From Phoronis australis (lineage: Eukaryota; Animalia; Phoronida): DNA of 64,000 nucleotides. Location: positions 629,868 to 693,867 of the forward strand of contig NMRA01000078.1 of NCBI GenBank assembly GCA_002633005.1, given 5' to 3'. The position numbers and the translations under genes were made by a program. The first letter of the stretch is position 1. Each line of letters starts with the position of its first letter. The notes under the pieces were generated by a model. That model was not told the origin of the DNA. It saw nothing but the letters and a program-made list of their open reading frames with translations, and searched no databases. Below are positions 35,990 through 49,170 of the stretch, one piece after another.

Positions 35990-38500
35990 CATCTGGGTTA
36001 AGAAAGTACGAAGAAATCTATATACAATTATTTTACACAAATACATAAAAAAGAAATCTGTATACAATTATTTTACACAAATACATAAATTAAAAAAACT
36101 GTTGTTAAGATTACAATGACATATGATTACGAAAGTAAATAAATCATTTTCATACACATGTATACAATTCTATCCACTCACACAAAGAGATTTAATATTA
36201 TAAAGATGATTAGATACTATTTCGAATAAAACCTTATTTTCATTTGGGTTGAGTTCTTGACTTCCATATAGAAAAACATTAATTTTGTTGTACACTTGCG
36301 GAATTTCAGAATATTTTTTTTAAATATTGGGGTATTGTTCGAGTGTCTGGAAAAGCTGTACCCTCTGCTCCTTGCATACCTCACAAGCAAAGAAAACATG
36401 AGCATTTGTCTGTGCGTCTCCACAGCAACACAGAGGCGAAATATTATTAAAATTATGTCTAAATTTCTCGTTCTTTAGGAATAGACCGCATCATGATCTG
36501 TATAGGATTATTTCGTGGTTGCGAGGAAGTTGGAACGATGTCAATGGGACTGGCAACTCTTGAGTAGTAGTATGCATTTTAAAGTTATTTTTAGAGTGAG
36601 GATTGAAGTGCTTTCTTTTATTTTGGATGGAAAGGAATTCCAGTTGTCAATACAAGTTAATATGGTAGATTTCCTGATGGCTAGGCTGAGGGAAGATGGA
36701 ATAGTGTGCATATTACTTTGCCGCAGTTCTGGTCTCTTGTTAGGTCTTTTGTTGGAGTCAAAAAGGATTTTGTTAGAGTAATTGTTTGTATTGGTTAAGA
36801 CTTTGAATGTATACATGGACAAGTGGACTTTACGACGGGTTGCTAGTTTGCTCCAGTTGAGACTGTTTAGAACCTTGATTGTGTTGGATCCTTTGTATGC
36901 TCCTGTTATGGCTAAAGCTGCTTGGTATTGTAGTCTTTCTAATTGAAGAAGTATGCCAGAGTTTGCCGATTAGTAGATTATGTCACAGTAATCTAGATGT
37001 GGAAGAACAAATGACTTGAACAGAGTGTCAAGATGCATGGAGTTGAGATGACGAGAGACAATTCTAATTGGATTGATTAATTTTTGTACTTTGTGAACAA
37101 GTTCGCGACAGTGAGGAGTAAATGTACGCTTGTGGTCGAGTAGCAAGCCAAGATGTTTGTGTGTGAACTTATTGGGAATAACTTCCCCATTGAGTGATCA
37201 TTCCAGTGTTGGATTTGTTTGGAAATGAGTATTATTAGACTTAGAAAATATAAGATCAACACTTTTTTTCAGGTTTAAATTTCGTCTTCCATTTGCAAGA
37301 CCAGTCATAGAGTTTGTTTAGGTCAGTTTAAGGAGTCATGGGATTCTCTTTTGAGAATGGGTAGAAAATTGCAATGTCATCAGCATATAAGAATGTTTTA
37401 GAGTTTATTGTGTCTGGAAGATCATTGATGTACAATAATAAAGTAAGGGACCTAGTACGCTACCGTGTGGTGCCCCAGCATTTACGAAACCTGGCGTTGA
37501 TGAGCGTGATAAGATACTCTCTATTCGGACTTTGTAAGTTCGACATTCCAGATATGATTTTAAAAGTGAGAAGAGATTTCCGAAAAAACCGTAAGATAGT
37601 AATTTATGTAGAAGCAGATCATGAGGAACGACATCAAACGCTGACGCAATGTCTAAGAATATGGATCTCACGTTGCATCCTTGCTCAAACTGGAGGTGGA
37701 TTTCGTGTACGATTTCTGTAAGTTGGGACACAGTGCTGTTACCAGGCTTGAATCCGAATGGGCGACGATATATGAGGTTTTGTGAAGAGAGGTGGTGAGA
37801 AATTATTCTTTCTAAAATTTTGGATAGGGTGTTAAGTAGAGTTACGGGGCGATAGTTGGCAATGTCTGTTTTGGGGTTCATCTTGTGTATTGGTATCATA
37901 ACACCAAGTTTCCATTTCAAAGGAAATTTTCCAGATTGTAGTGTTTTGTTATGTAATGTTGTCAGAGGAGCTGTAAGCTCTCTTGCTATTAGCTTAATCA
38001 TTTTATTGGTTATGAGATTGGTACCGTCGTTTTTGTTTTCGTCAATATTTTCTAGTAGTTTTGGGACTTCAGATGGTTGGGCTTGTATGGCAGAGAGGTG
38101 TTCTAATGTTCTGTTTGGGAATTCGAGAAGGCTTCTTGTTGGTGCAACGTGACTCTTGGCGGTGAAGTATTCTAAAAATAACTTACGTTTTTCAGCTTGG
38201 GATGACGCCAGAGTGTTGAATTCCTTTGAGTGGATGGTGGGGTATGAGGATTGCTTTACCTCTCCTCGAATTTTGTTTATTATATCCCAATATTCCTTTG
38301 GATTTTTGGAGACATTGTTGATGTTGGAGATTATTTTCATCTTATAGTCTTGTTCTGTCTTTTTAATTAGTTTTTCCACACTCTTGCACAGTTCTTTGTA
38401 TTACTTAAACGTGCACGGGTTATTTGATTTTCTGAACTATCTGTACAGCTTGTTTCTTTTATTTATTTCAGTCTTAATGTATTGTTAAACCACGGTTTGT
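35990..38500 (-). mobile_element. Degenerate non-LTR retrotransposon (CR1/L2-group LINE) ORF2 reverse transcriptase, antisense in an intron of B
   Basis: 324-aa ORF with FPLKWK..IPIHK..NYRPVTLL..SKILE, FGFKPGNST, FLDIASAFDVVPH, GAPHGSVLGPLL; LYADDIA follows in another frame (~37372-37392); frameshifted C-terminus. Confidence 0.9.
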
Positions 38501-39639
38501 TTTTGTAAATAGAAAACTGATTATTGAGTAACATTAAAAAGTGAAGTGGATAGGCGTACTACAGATGTGAGATAAATACAAATAGGTAAGAGCCAACGTG
38601 GTAGACAATTTGTACATATGTAGAACATGAATACTGTACTTTGGGATGAAAGAATATTGCCAATTACATTGCTATTATTGCACATGACGCCGCCCGAGTC
38701 AAATAGGGCTCTAAGTCAATTCTATACTCGATTGGCCACTTTTAGCTTGAACGCCAATGGTGATTAAAGTTGAATCAGCTTAAAAAGCGAATTGAACTCA
38801 TGAACTGACTCACACTTAATGGGATGACTAGATCAGTAGATGAAAATGAATCATTTGAGGTAACATAGGCTATGTGTACATGTATTCGAATGGTATAGCT
38901 GCAGTTGTCAAGTTCAGTGTAGTTTCATAGTCAAGACACAAGTGAGACGTAAAATTCCTTAAAAATATGCATTACTAAGATATAAGATGTTCTGATTTCA
39001 CTCCTTGTTGTCTCATTGTTATTAGGAAGCTATGCGTATAAGCTGTAGCTAATTGACCCAGAAGAGTATTTTAAGTACTTTATCACTTGCAAATCAAAGC
39101 TCAAGCGAGTTGTACTTTTTGCTGCACCGAGCTTCTCTGTGGGCCAAAAATTGCCATGCCAATATCAAAATCAAAATTTATCGGCAAGAGCTCGTTTGCA
39201 CCAAAAGTGTTCAACTTTTGTGCGAAGTAAAAGGAACATTACTGTAATACGTGTTTTGTTTCGAACTCGTGTGTGTTCTGCAGTAAGATTATGTCCACCA
39301 GTAATCTGTTTCACAGCACAACGAAATACTGGCGGGTAAAGCTAATTTCAGCCAATTTAACAACGTTTTCTTTAGTGTCCACTGACACTGGTGTAGTGAT
39401 CAGCGGCTTGGCTTGTCGGCTAGACCTCGTTTCCGTAAGGCACGCTGTCGTCCACACATGTTGGTTGGTTGACTTTATTAGGCTGTGCATACCAAAAATG
39501 TAGATGAATGACAGCGAAGACGAGACTGCATAAAAAGGGAATGACAGATAAATATTTGTTGAAACAAATGTGTTTTAATTAGGGTGAACTTTTACTAGCC
39601 AGTGCTGCTGCACCGAGTAAGTCCTTAAATTATGCTTAA

Positions 39640-40546
39640 AGAGTTCCCACCATGACTCTGTGTCTCGAAAAGAATTTTATTAATACATCTTAAAAGATTT
39701 AGTATACCTGTTGTTAAGAAACAGACAAAAAATTTTTAAATATATTTCTGTTATCGGCGTTTATGTAATGCGTGCCCTTGTTGTTTTTAACACTGCGATG
39801 CTGAGGAATTGTAAGGAAAGTCCAGGGGGACCCGCATTTTTCAGACATGAAAAGGTGCGTTTGTGGAGGCTACTTAACCGAGACCGTCTCTGTGTTCAAA
39901 TTTCATAACGACGTAAAAGTTTGCATAGAAGTGACGTCAGTTTGTGCTTTGTACCAGAGTGTGGAATGTCGAAGTGAAGTCGGGAGACACCCTAAATTTA
40001 TTCGGCACATATTTCAAGGAATCATGTTTCGTCCAAATACAAAAGCGGCGTTACGATAAAAGACTTGCCATCTTGTAAGGGTATTTGCAAATTTTCTAAA
40101 TAACGAACAAACTGCTTCAATCCATTCTAGGGCGAGTGATGCCAGGCCCTCGTCCCCGGCCGGCCCAGATCGAGTGCTACTACGACACGTAGGCTTATGC
40201 ACTGTGTTTAGACCGGGCTCATTCCATTGTGGTAACAGTGAATACGAGTGACCAAAGTTTGTCACTGATTATTAAGTGTATGTTTTGCAGAATAGTTGTC
40301 CAGGTTTCGCTCAAAATCGTCCTGGTCTGATGATCTGTTGTGTTCCGCCAATGCAAGATTTTGTCAAGTGATCAAACGCCTTCCACCCATTACGTCGTTT
40401 AGCGCGAAATAACTAATTTTTCTTTAAAATTAAGAAGTTCGCAACTACTTGGTCTAAAAATGCTTATTTAGTTACATTTTATCGTATTCAGTTGATATTA
40501 GCTAACTGAAACCTCAAAAACTATGAAAATACGTGGTGGGAACTCT
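39640..40546. mobile_element. Non-autonomous Kolobok-like DNA transposon
   Basis: TTAA|AGAGTTCCCACCA ... TGGTGGGAACTCT|TTAA: perfect 13-bp TIR with TTAA target duplication; second copy at 49171-51402. Confidence 0.8.
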
Positions 40547-41340
40547 TTAATGTTACCCATATTAAAACGGGTTTAAATCTGGGCCACGTGTTGAACAAAT
40601 TGTTGAATACGGTAAAAGCTACGTTCATGTGTATTGAGAATATTTTTATTGATAATAACACCCGGTGGCGCTTTTGTCGTATTTAATTCATTCGAAATTT
40701 TGGTGGAGTAGCTGCACTTAAGTTTTTATGCTTGCGTTCTTAATTCGCCCAACTTTTCATTGGGTGCATTGAATTTTGTTCATAACATCCGCCCCGAGTT
40801 GTCAGCTAATTCCTTTAAGACTTCTACAGTTGATTTTACTTTATTGACATGCGCACTCTCTGTTACTTTCATTGTAGCCATAGCAACATGAAATGTATTT
40901 TCCACACTGTGTTGTACCTCATTCAGCAAACTGCCGTAAAATCTCGCTAATTTAGGACGCGAGAAAACAGATATTGTTTATGTCTCTACACCAAATAATT
41001 GCATTATCAATATCAAGTTATATTCCAGAGCTATATTAAGACAAGGTTTCTAAAAATTGTGGGTACTCACACATGTGTTAGAAGCTCTTGGAAAATGACA
41101 AAAAGCAATTTTAATTGTTAATTTGGTCCGAGATGGGTGAGATCTTGCAAAAATCAAATGCACAGCAGTGCTATTTACTTACAACTTAAGAATTCGTCTC
41201 TATCACAGCTAACGTACTATGTCAGCTGCATTTTTTGAGGAAAATATGAAGTTTTTAGAAGCCCTGCGCTGCAGAGTTTTTAATGTTTGAAACATTATTT
41301 AACCAATGACTGCAATCAGGTTTATTCTGTATCTCTGTAG

Positions 41341-42932
41341 TGGATCCAAAAAATACATCAATCGAACAGTTTGCAACGACCCAAGTCCCAGCTGGCGAAA
41401 CAATCGTTGCCAATAAGACAGTTTCTGATACACCTGTTACCACGGCAACTGTAATCAAGGCAATTGTTGATGCCGATGCGACTACTGCACCCGTAACAAC
41501 GTCCATAGCAACGACTCCTGCTGGTACTGTTTTAAAGACAACTGCTGCTAAGACGACAGTTGCCGAGACGACTGTCGCCGAGAAAACTGTTTCTGAGACA
41601 CCTGTTGCTACGGCAAGTATCACCAATACAACCGTTGCTGCCTATATGACTACTGTACCCGTGACAACTTCTTCTAGAACGACTTCCGCTACTACTATTG
41701 CACAAACAACTGCTGCTGAGACGGCTGTTGCCAGGAAGACTGTTTCTGAGGAATCTGTTGCTACGGCAACTGTCACCAATACACCCGTTGCTGCCGATGC
41801 GACCACTGTACCCGTAACAACTTCTACTACAACGACTCGTGCTACTATTATCGCACAAACAACTGCTGTTGACACAACTGTTGCCGGGACGAATGTCGCT
41901 AAGACATCTGTTGCTACGGCAACTGTCACCAATACAACCGTTGCTGCCAATGCGACTACTGTACCCGTAACGACTTCTACTACAACTACTGCTGCTACTA
42001 CTTTTGCACAGACAACTGCTTCTGAGATAAATGCTGCCGAAACGACTGTTGCCAGGACGAGTGTTGCTGGGACACCTGTTGCTACTGAACCCGTAACAAC
42101 TTCTACTACGACGACTGCTTCTACTATTATTGCACAAACAACTGCTTCTGAGACCACTGTTGCCGGGAAGACTGTTGTTGAGAGATCTGTTGCTACGGCA
42201 ATTGTCACCAATACAACCGTTGCTTTAGATATGACTACTGTACCCGTAACAACTTCTACAACAACGACTGGTGCTACTACTATCGCACAAACAACTGCTG
42301 CTGAGGTGACTGTTGCCCAGACGACTATTGCTGGGACGACTGTTGCTACGGCAACTGTCACCAATATAACCGTTCCTGACGATGCGATTACTGTACCCGT
42401 AACTTCTACTACAACGACTGCCGTTACTACTGTTGCACCAACAACTGCTGCTGAGACGAATGTTTCCGGGACGACTGTTGAGACACCAGTTGTTCCGGCA
42501 ACTGTCACCAACCCAACCGTTGCTGCCTATGCGACTACTGTACCCGTAACAACTTATTCTACAACAACTGGTGCTACTACTATTGCACAGTTAACTGCTG
42601 TTGAAACATCTGTTGCCGAGACACCTGTTGCTATGACAACTGTCATCAATACAACCGTTGCTGCCGATACGACTACTGTACCTGCAACAACGTCTACTAC
42701 AACGACTGCCGCTGTTGCCATAGCACAGACAACTGCTACTGAGACGACTGCTTCCGATACAACTGTTGCCGAGACGACTGTGGTCGGGACTACTGTTGTC
42801 AAGACGACAACTCTTGCCGAGACGACTGTTGCCGAGTTCACTTTTGGAGAGACGATCGTTGCGGAAACTACAGCTGCTCAGACTACTTTACCTGAAGTTG
42901 CATCTACTATGAAGGTTTTGGAAAACACTCCA
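41341..42932 (+). CDS. Paralog B long mucin exon (~530 aa, about 9 copies of a ~51-aa Thr-rich repeat)
   Basis: ctgtag| and CCA|gtatgt, 1592 nt open; repeat TTVPVTTSTTTT.ATTIAQTTA.ET.VA...SVATATVTNTTVAA with NTT sequons. Confidence 0.9.
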
Positions 42933-43509
42933 GTATGTACCGTAGTCTATTGCGTTTTACGATTGTCTACAGTAAAGGTAAATCTCATCATTTTGATGTT
43001 TTGGATTACGCGTTGGAATTCCTGCGTGCAGTCAATGACTTCCTGCTACAAGTTTTGAAAAGACAATCGTGATACAAGCATTTAACGCCCAAATTAAAGC
43101 CTTTTATTGGTGAGCTGGAAGAGAAAGCCTCAAGAAATCAAAAGAAATTCAACACTTTTAAAATGCCTTCCAATGACACAGCAGTGACAGCACGATAACT
43201 CTCTTAATCCACCTATCTAAAATTGGCAAAAGAGTCCTCTGCGGGCTATTTGTGGACACACAATTACTTCGGAACCTCTTTCGGAAATCCCAAATTGCTA
43301 CTTGATGAGATTAGAAGATCTCTCCATGACCCAAAATTTTGTGAGTTAGGTCTGACGAAATCACAAACTGTCAGTTCTAGAGTCTAGAGATCGCGTCCAA
43401 ACTGAGTAAGGTACAAGATCATTTTTATAACGAAATGTGACCCTAATTAAAACTTGCCGTCTAAAATACCAAAATGGATGGGCCTTAAATTTAACCTTTT
43501 TATTTTCAG

Positions 43510-43572
43510 TCAAAACAAAGTGTTAGAATTGTCGTGAAGACGCCTGGTTCAGTGTCACCCACAGAAACAGAC
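43510..43572 (+). CDS. Paralog B SEA-like exon 1 (SKQSVRIVVKTPGSVSPTETD)
   Basis: ttttcag| and |gtaagg, phase 0-0; homologous to A 8295-8354. Confidence 0.8.
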
Positions 43573-44165
43573 GTAAGGCCTCTTTTATCTTTACTTATAT
43601 TAACAGATATCTACTATTTCTAGAGAGCGGTACTTCTCTTGTCAACCCTCAGATAATTGGGCAAGTATTAAAGCTCCCTGTGAATCCGGCAAACACGACT
43701 AACTGACGTTGCGGCAAAAATCCTCAATTGAGTACACAAATAATTGGGGAAATCTTCAATTTTCAATTATTGAAATGCTGCGTACATTGCCGCATCGTGT
43801 TTTGCCACACTGTATGATTTTGATTTAAAATCTTACGTGCAAGCTAGTCACTGTTGGCAATTTCTGGTGAATGTAAACATTGATACTATATAGTAAGACC
43901 AATTATTTAGATTTTAAATTTTACTTACCTGTATGAACAGAAGTGTAACGTTGTCGACATGCTGGAAACCAAATGTGACTTACCTGCCCCATTTGTTAAT
44001 GATTTACTCAACCGATTGAGCGTCATAAGTTGACATTTCGTACATACAAGACAGTAGGAGTGACAACGTTTTAATTGGTGCCGTTGTATGAGGATGGAAC
44101 AACACCCTTGTGGAAAGATTCAATTTGACCTTCACTAGTATTGCGTGGGTATGTTGATTAAGCAA

Positions 44166-44309
44166 GCGCCTCTCATACATGTGTCGTTGCAGTTTACGAT
44201 GCACAAGATGAGCGCCTCTCATACGTGTATCGTTGCAGTTTACGATACACAAGGTGAGCGCCTCTCATACGTGTATCGTTGCAGTTTACGATGCACAAGG
44301 TGAGCGCCT
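44166..44309. repeat. 46-bp tandem repeat x3 with internal inverted repeat
   Basis: gcgcctctcatacgtgtatcgttgcagtttacgatgcacaaggtga repeated; gtgtatcgt/acgat(a/g)cac stem. Confidence 0.9.
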
Positions 44310-44376
44310 ACCAAGGCACTGCGTTCCTTCTGTAATCATCAGTACAATGTTCTAAATGTTGTGTGTTTGTTACCAG

Positions 44377-44548
44377 CTAGAGAAGATTGTAAGTCACCTA
44401 CGGTGGGTCCTCAACCTTCTTTTCCTCCGGTCCCGGGCTGCTGACATTGATGGTGACTTGGAGATTTTGGTGCTAACGCCATCTCCCCAAATACGGTCGG
44501 ACGGATCTGTAGAGATAGTCTTTATAGCAAAGAACAAAGCGACGAACG
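44377..44548 (+). CDS. Paralog B SEA-like exon 2 (LEKIVSHLRWVLNLLF...SDGSVEIVFIAKNKATN)
   Basis: taccag| and G|gtaaca, phase 0-1; homologous to A 10532-10724. Confidence 0.85.
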
Positions 44549-45623
44549 GTAACAGTACTTTTAACCCTTCTAGTGTAAGCCGGTCATACATGTGTGCGTG
44601 GATTTGCCACGAGAAATCGATATTCTGTGAGCAACTGATCCATTTCAAAGTGGATTTCCACCAAAAACCTTCAACAAATATTCTTTCCATAGTGCATGAC
44701 TTACGCATTTTGCGATTAGGCCGTGGTTTCGGACTTTCGACCCGTTTGCAGTTTTCACGCATCCGTTTTTGGAAATGCTTTTCTGTGACTGTCTCCTTAG
44801 AGTTGTCTTTGCCATTCGAGCTTTAAGGTGTACTAGCATGATACGTCATCACCAAGCTTTGTCTGCCACAAAATACAATAACTCCAATACAGGGTAGAAT
44901 TCAGTAACGCTTGAACCTATGCTGGGACCTCGTTTGGATGGGAAGAACACATGGCCATATCTCACGTAGTTTCTTTGCGTCTGTTGTTTTTTATGAATAT
45001 CCTACACTTCTACTTTTTCAGACCACTGAATAAATAGAACATTGATTATTTTTTAGAAATAGAAAACTTACTCATGCTGAAAAAAGGTGGAAAATATTAT
45101 TTTTTTAAAAAATCTATCTGGGTTTATAGCTTGTTTAAATCTAAGAGTTCGGATGAGTTTCTGCCAGATAACATCACTCTGCCTGTAAGTCTTTGGTTTT
45201 GTGGCATGCTACTTGTCTGGGGTTGTGGGGTTAAGGTGCATTTTGCCTAACCGAATGAATGGAGAACATGTAATTGTTTAGTTTATCTATAGGTGCATTC
45301 CGATCAGGTTGTAAGCTAGTCTGTCCATAAGATGGAGCATCTTTGATACGTCACACCACCAGTACACTTTTTGTGAAAATAATATGTCTGGGTGTTCAAG
45401 CAGTGATGAGTGCTAGGTGTAATGTGCCTGAGCATTGAGTTACTTAAACTTTTGCAGTTTTTATCATTTAATTAATAAACCAGGGAGTAACATCTTAATC
45501 GGCCTACATGTACCCTTGTAAAGTGAGTTCAGTGCCTGAGCGAAATGTGAGCTTGCTACCTATACCCTGGTGGTGGGTAAACTGAGGATACCGTTGGTTT
45601 TGTAATGAGTTTTATTTGTGCAG

Positions 45624-45691
45624 AAATTATCCCGAAGAAGGAACTGATGAAGATGATACAAGATCCGAAATTTAAGAAGAAGTTGGAAGAA
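45624..45691 (+). CDS. Paralog B SEA-like exon 3 (EIIPKKELMKMIQDPKFKKKLEE)
   Basis: gtgcag| and |gtgagt, 68 nt; the intron motif catggtgatggtaatctttcatacgca is shared with A. Confidence 0.85.
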
Positions 45692-46117
45692 GTGAGTAAA
45701 GAGATTTATTGACGTCACATGGTGATGGTAATCTTTCATACGCACGGTCGTTCGTTACAATTCGTCGTTTTGCTGTCAATTTGCACCTTCGTCTTTTCTA
45801 CCGAAATTTTAAGGACCTAGAACTGTCTTTCAATAGCCTAAAAGCACACTGGCTAATGCAATGAAGATTAATTTTTCCTCCACTGCAACCATTCACCACT
45901 ATCTTCACTACAGTTCAAACGATGAATCGGCGATTTTCACATTTTTAGACATACTAAAGCTCATTACCACATTTTAAATCTTGGAGGAAACTAGTTTCCA
46001 GGCAACACACTTTTTAACCAATCGTATCAATTTTACTTTGAAATCCAGACCGAATGAGCATTTTCACGGCATCCTGCTTTCTCTGCACTAAAACTCGACA
46101 GAGTGAAGTTTGAACAA

Positions 46118-48746
46118 TAGGCCATAGTCCATTCGACTCTAGGAAGCCCAGAAAATCACTTCCATGGCCACTTTTTGGGGCAAGATAATTTTGATGTTTT
46201 TAAGTTCAATAAGTACTATACTTTAAGAATCTAAAAAGTTCCCAAGGTTTGACTTGCACGTTTTCGAGAAATTTGACCTCAAAAATCTGACTTTTTGCAA
46301 AATTTTAAACAGAAAACCAATATTCAAAAACCAACAACACTAGACAAAAACTGAATGATAATCTGATTGGGCTTTGTTCAATTGAAGTTATTGAACAAGG
46401 AAAGTGATAAATAATATGACATTAGGCGGAAAATTGCTCAAAAAAGACCAGCTCCTCCTGTTGGCCAGAAAACATGTTGCTGTATTCTGAACTCCTACAA
46501 AAAGAACTATACTGTTAACCATTTGGAACTTGATAAAGATTTGACATCACAACCTACATGTGAACACCACACATTTCCAATGCTTCTGCAACAAATTTTC
46601 TGTCATCAATTTCATTATCATAATTAACATTATCCCATATTGCAGTTCACTGTCAACTGTCACAGGGAACGACACACCGAGCAGTGTCAATCATGAGCAT
46701 GATAAAATGTTGTCCATATTTTCCATTAGGTTGAAAATTTACAGTTCTTTAACAACATAGCATACACTTATTATGTTTCTTCATCCACTTCATCATCATT
46801 TATATCATCATTATTGTCATCAAAAGTTGTTTTTTGACAGAGACACCGTATTCACACAGTCTGTACAGTCACACAACTTAGAACATGGCATGCCTGACTT
46901 CAAACAAGAGCGCAAGTTTTTACTACAACCACTTATTTTACACTTGCTTTGAAAAATAAAGGAATGGTCATGTTGGCAATAGTTTTGTTTGAAGTTGAAA
47001 AGCGTCTTCTTTACCGTAGAGCTAAAATTTCATTTGAAGCTTCCTGTTTTAAATAGTACATAATTGGAAGAGTAGTAATTTTCCTTTGCTAAAAACTCCA
47101 ATTCAAGAATCTTCAAAATGTGAGATACTGAAATCTGCACAACATTTGAATTTTCACGATAAATAAATTACAGAACGCAGGCAAAATGTCTCAAATTCCA
47201 AACTGCTCATGATTTTACATATCTCAAAATAGGCTAGAAGTTCATAAAAAGCAGTGCTGAGCACTCACATGTAGGTAAAAACTACTACCAGTATATTTGA
47301 GATTGAGACCACTATTACTACAAAATTATCAAGCAAAATAATTTTTATTTTGTGACCTAAACTAAAGATTATTTACCATAAATGACACCTTTTCAAATTA
47401 AGAATAGGTAGGCCTATTTACAATTGAATGTTTGGAACTTGGATAGGTTTTCAACTTTCTTTTGTTTGTGAAGTTCCCCTGTGATGAAATTTGATTTGTT
47501 GCAAAAGGTTCATTGTGGTGGCAAGACATACACGGTATATTTCTTTGAGCACTGATAAATGTACATGTAACTGACGGTGACAATGTCCTTAATTTTCTAG
47601 TGGGCTCAACATTATTTCCATCATCAGCTTGGTCTTTTCTTTTTAAGAGCTCTTTCAATTTTAGTTACATCCGTTCAGTGTCTGTAACACTGCTTGTCAG
47701 ATAGAAGGTTGCACGCACCAAGCCTAAAAATGGGGGGCTCGAGTTTTTGAGAATGTGAACATTTATTAAGATTCACGGGGTACTTCAGAGCTACGAATTG
47801 TGCGTTCGTCGATTTTTTTTAGTTCCTACCTTTTAAGTGAACTTTTATTTCATTTGTTGTTTCTTTGAGGCAAACCTTTTACCTACTTTACCAAATGGGG
47901 GAGGCTCGTTCAAGCCCCCGAGCCCCCCCCCCTCCGCTGGGTGCACGCATGACAAGAGCTCTGTTTTTCACAAAATAAATCTTAAAAACTTATCAGCAAT
48001 GATACTTCTCTTGCACTCAATGTTGATACGTTTGTTTGCAGTAGCCTTAGACCAGATAATATCTGAAAATTCCAGCTCAGAAATTTGAGCAGAAGCTGAC
48101 ACATGAATGCAACAAGGGGCAGACATCTTGCCAGCCTATTGTGAAGTCGCACACTTGTTGAATAATTCATGGTTTCAGCAGAGTCCTAGCTGTACCAAAA
48201 CTGTTCTTTGCGAAACACAAAATGATTCAGGAATGTGCCAAGAATTGTTTCAGTACGATGACACTCGTGGCCACTTGATTTGGCTTTCCTCAATTCGTAA
48301 CTGCTGCCCGCTGGTTTTTTAGCCTTGGCCCTAGGTAATTGCCTGTTACTTGCAAACCCATCCAAGAATTAATACTATCCAATGTAGTCAGTAGCAGTAA
48401 ACAAGCTAGCTAAGCCAGCAGGATAACATCAGCTGACTGTCCTCTGATGATGGTTTTCATGCCAAGCAGACGACTTTTGAAGGGGAAAGATATGGGCACA
48501 ATATTTTCCTGGTATTTGATTGGCTTTTCGGATCATTTTGCGCTGACACCTGGTGGCTAACATATTAGTTAAGATTATATTTTTCCAACTTTTAAATTAA
48601 AATTCTTACTAAACGTGCAAGTGTATTCTTGGGAACTTTTTTGAAATTGACTTTTGAATATCTGTAGATGGGTTAAATGCAAAGTTCCGTTGCATCCAGA
48701 AAGTGGCCATGGAGGTGAAAGATAGGAGAGCTGGGACTATGGCCTA
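46118..48746. mobile_element. 2.6-kb non-autonomous DNA transposon, Academ-like termini
   Basis: CAA|TAGGCCATAGTCC ... GGACTATGGCCTA|CAA: 13-bp TIR, 3-bp target duplication, plus subterminal inverted tccatggccactt/aagtggccatgga. Superfamily assignment is inferred from the TAG termini and 3-bp TSD. Confidence 0.7.
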
Positions 48747-49170
48747 CAAGTCACCAAGCAAAATTCATACACGTTATTGCCAAACGCACGCGCTATGACA
48801 CTTTTGTGATAGTGATGTGTAAGTGCTTTTTATTGTAAATATCACGAAAAGATCGTGTACCGCGAGTGGCACAGAGAACTAGTTCGTAGTTCGAATTGTG
48901 TAAACTGGATGATTTTAAATCGTCTTAAAAGACGTATTTTGAGTAGAGCGAACGGGGATGTGGTGGAAACGATTGCCAAGATGTCGGTGACTATCCAAAT
49001 AGCCTCGAAGTTTAACGGGAAAGTCTAAATATTTATTCCAAAGTATGGTTAACCCGCAAAATTTATTGCAAAATCTGACATTACTACTTGTGGTAATGTA
49101 CACGATAACGTCACACAGATATGGACGAACATAGTATCGAATGAACACTATCATAAATGCAAACTTCTCA

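Noticed and set aside
41255-42841. Long antisense ORFs (123, 201, 289 and 95 aa)
   Set aside because: They are shadows of the low-complexity Thr-rich repeat on the + strand.
34436-42932. Obligately mutually exclusive mucin exons
   Set aside because: A phase 0-1 linker exon at 35330-35402 can join them in frame.
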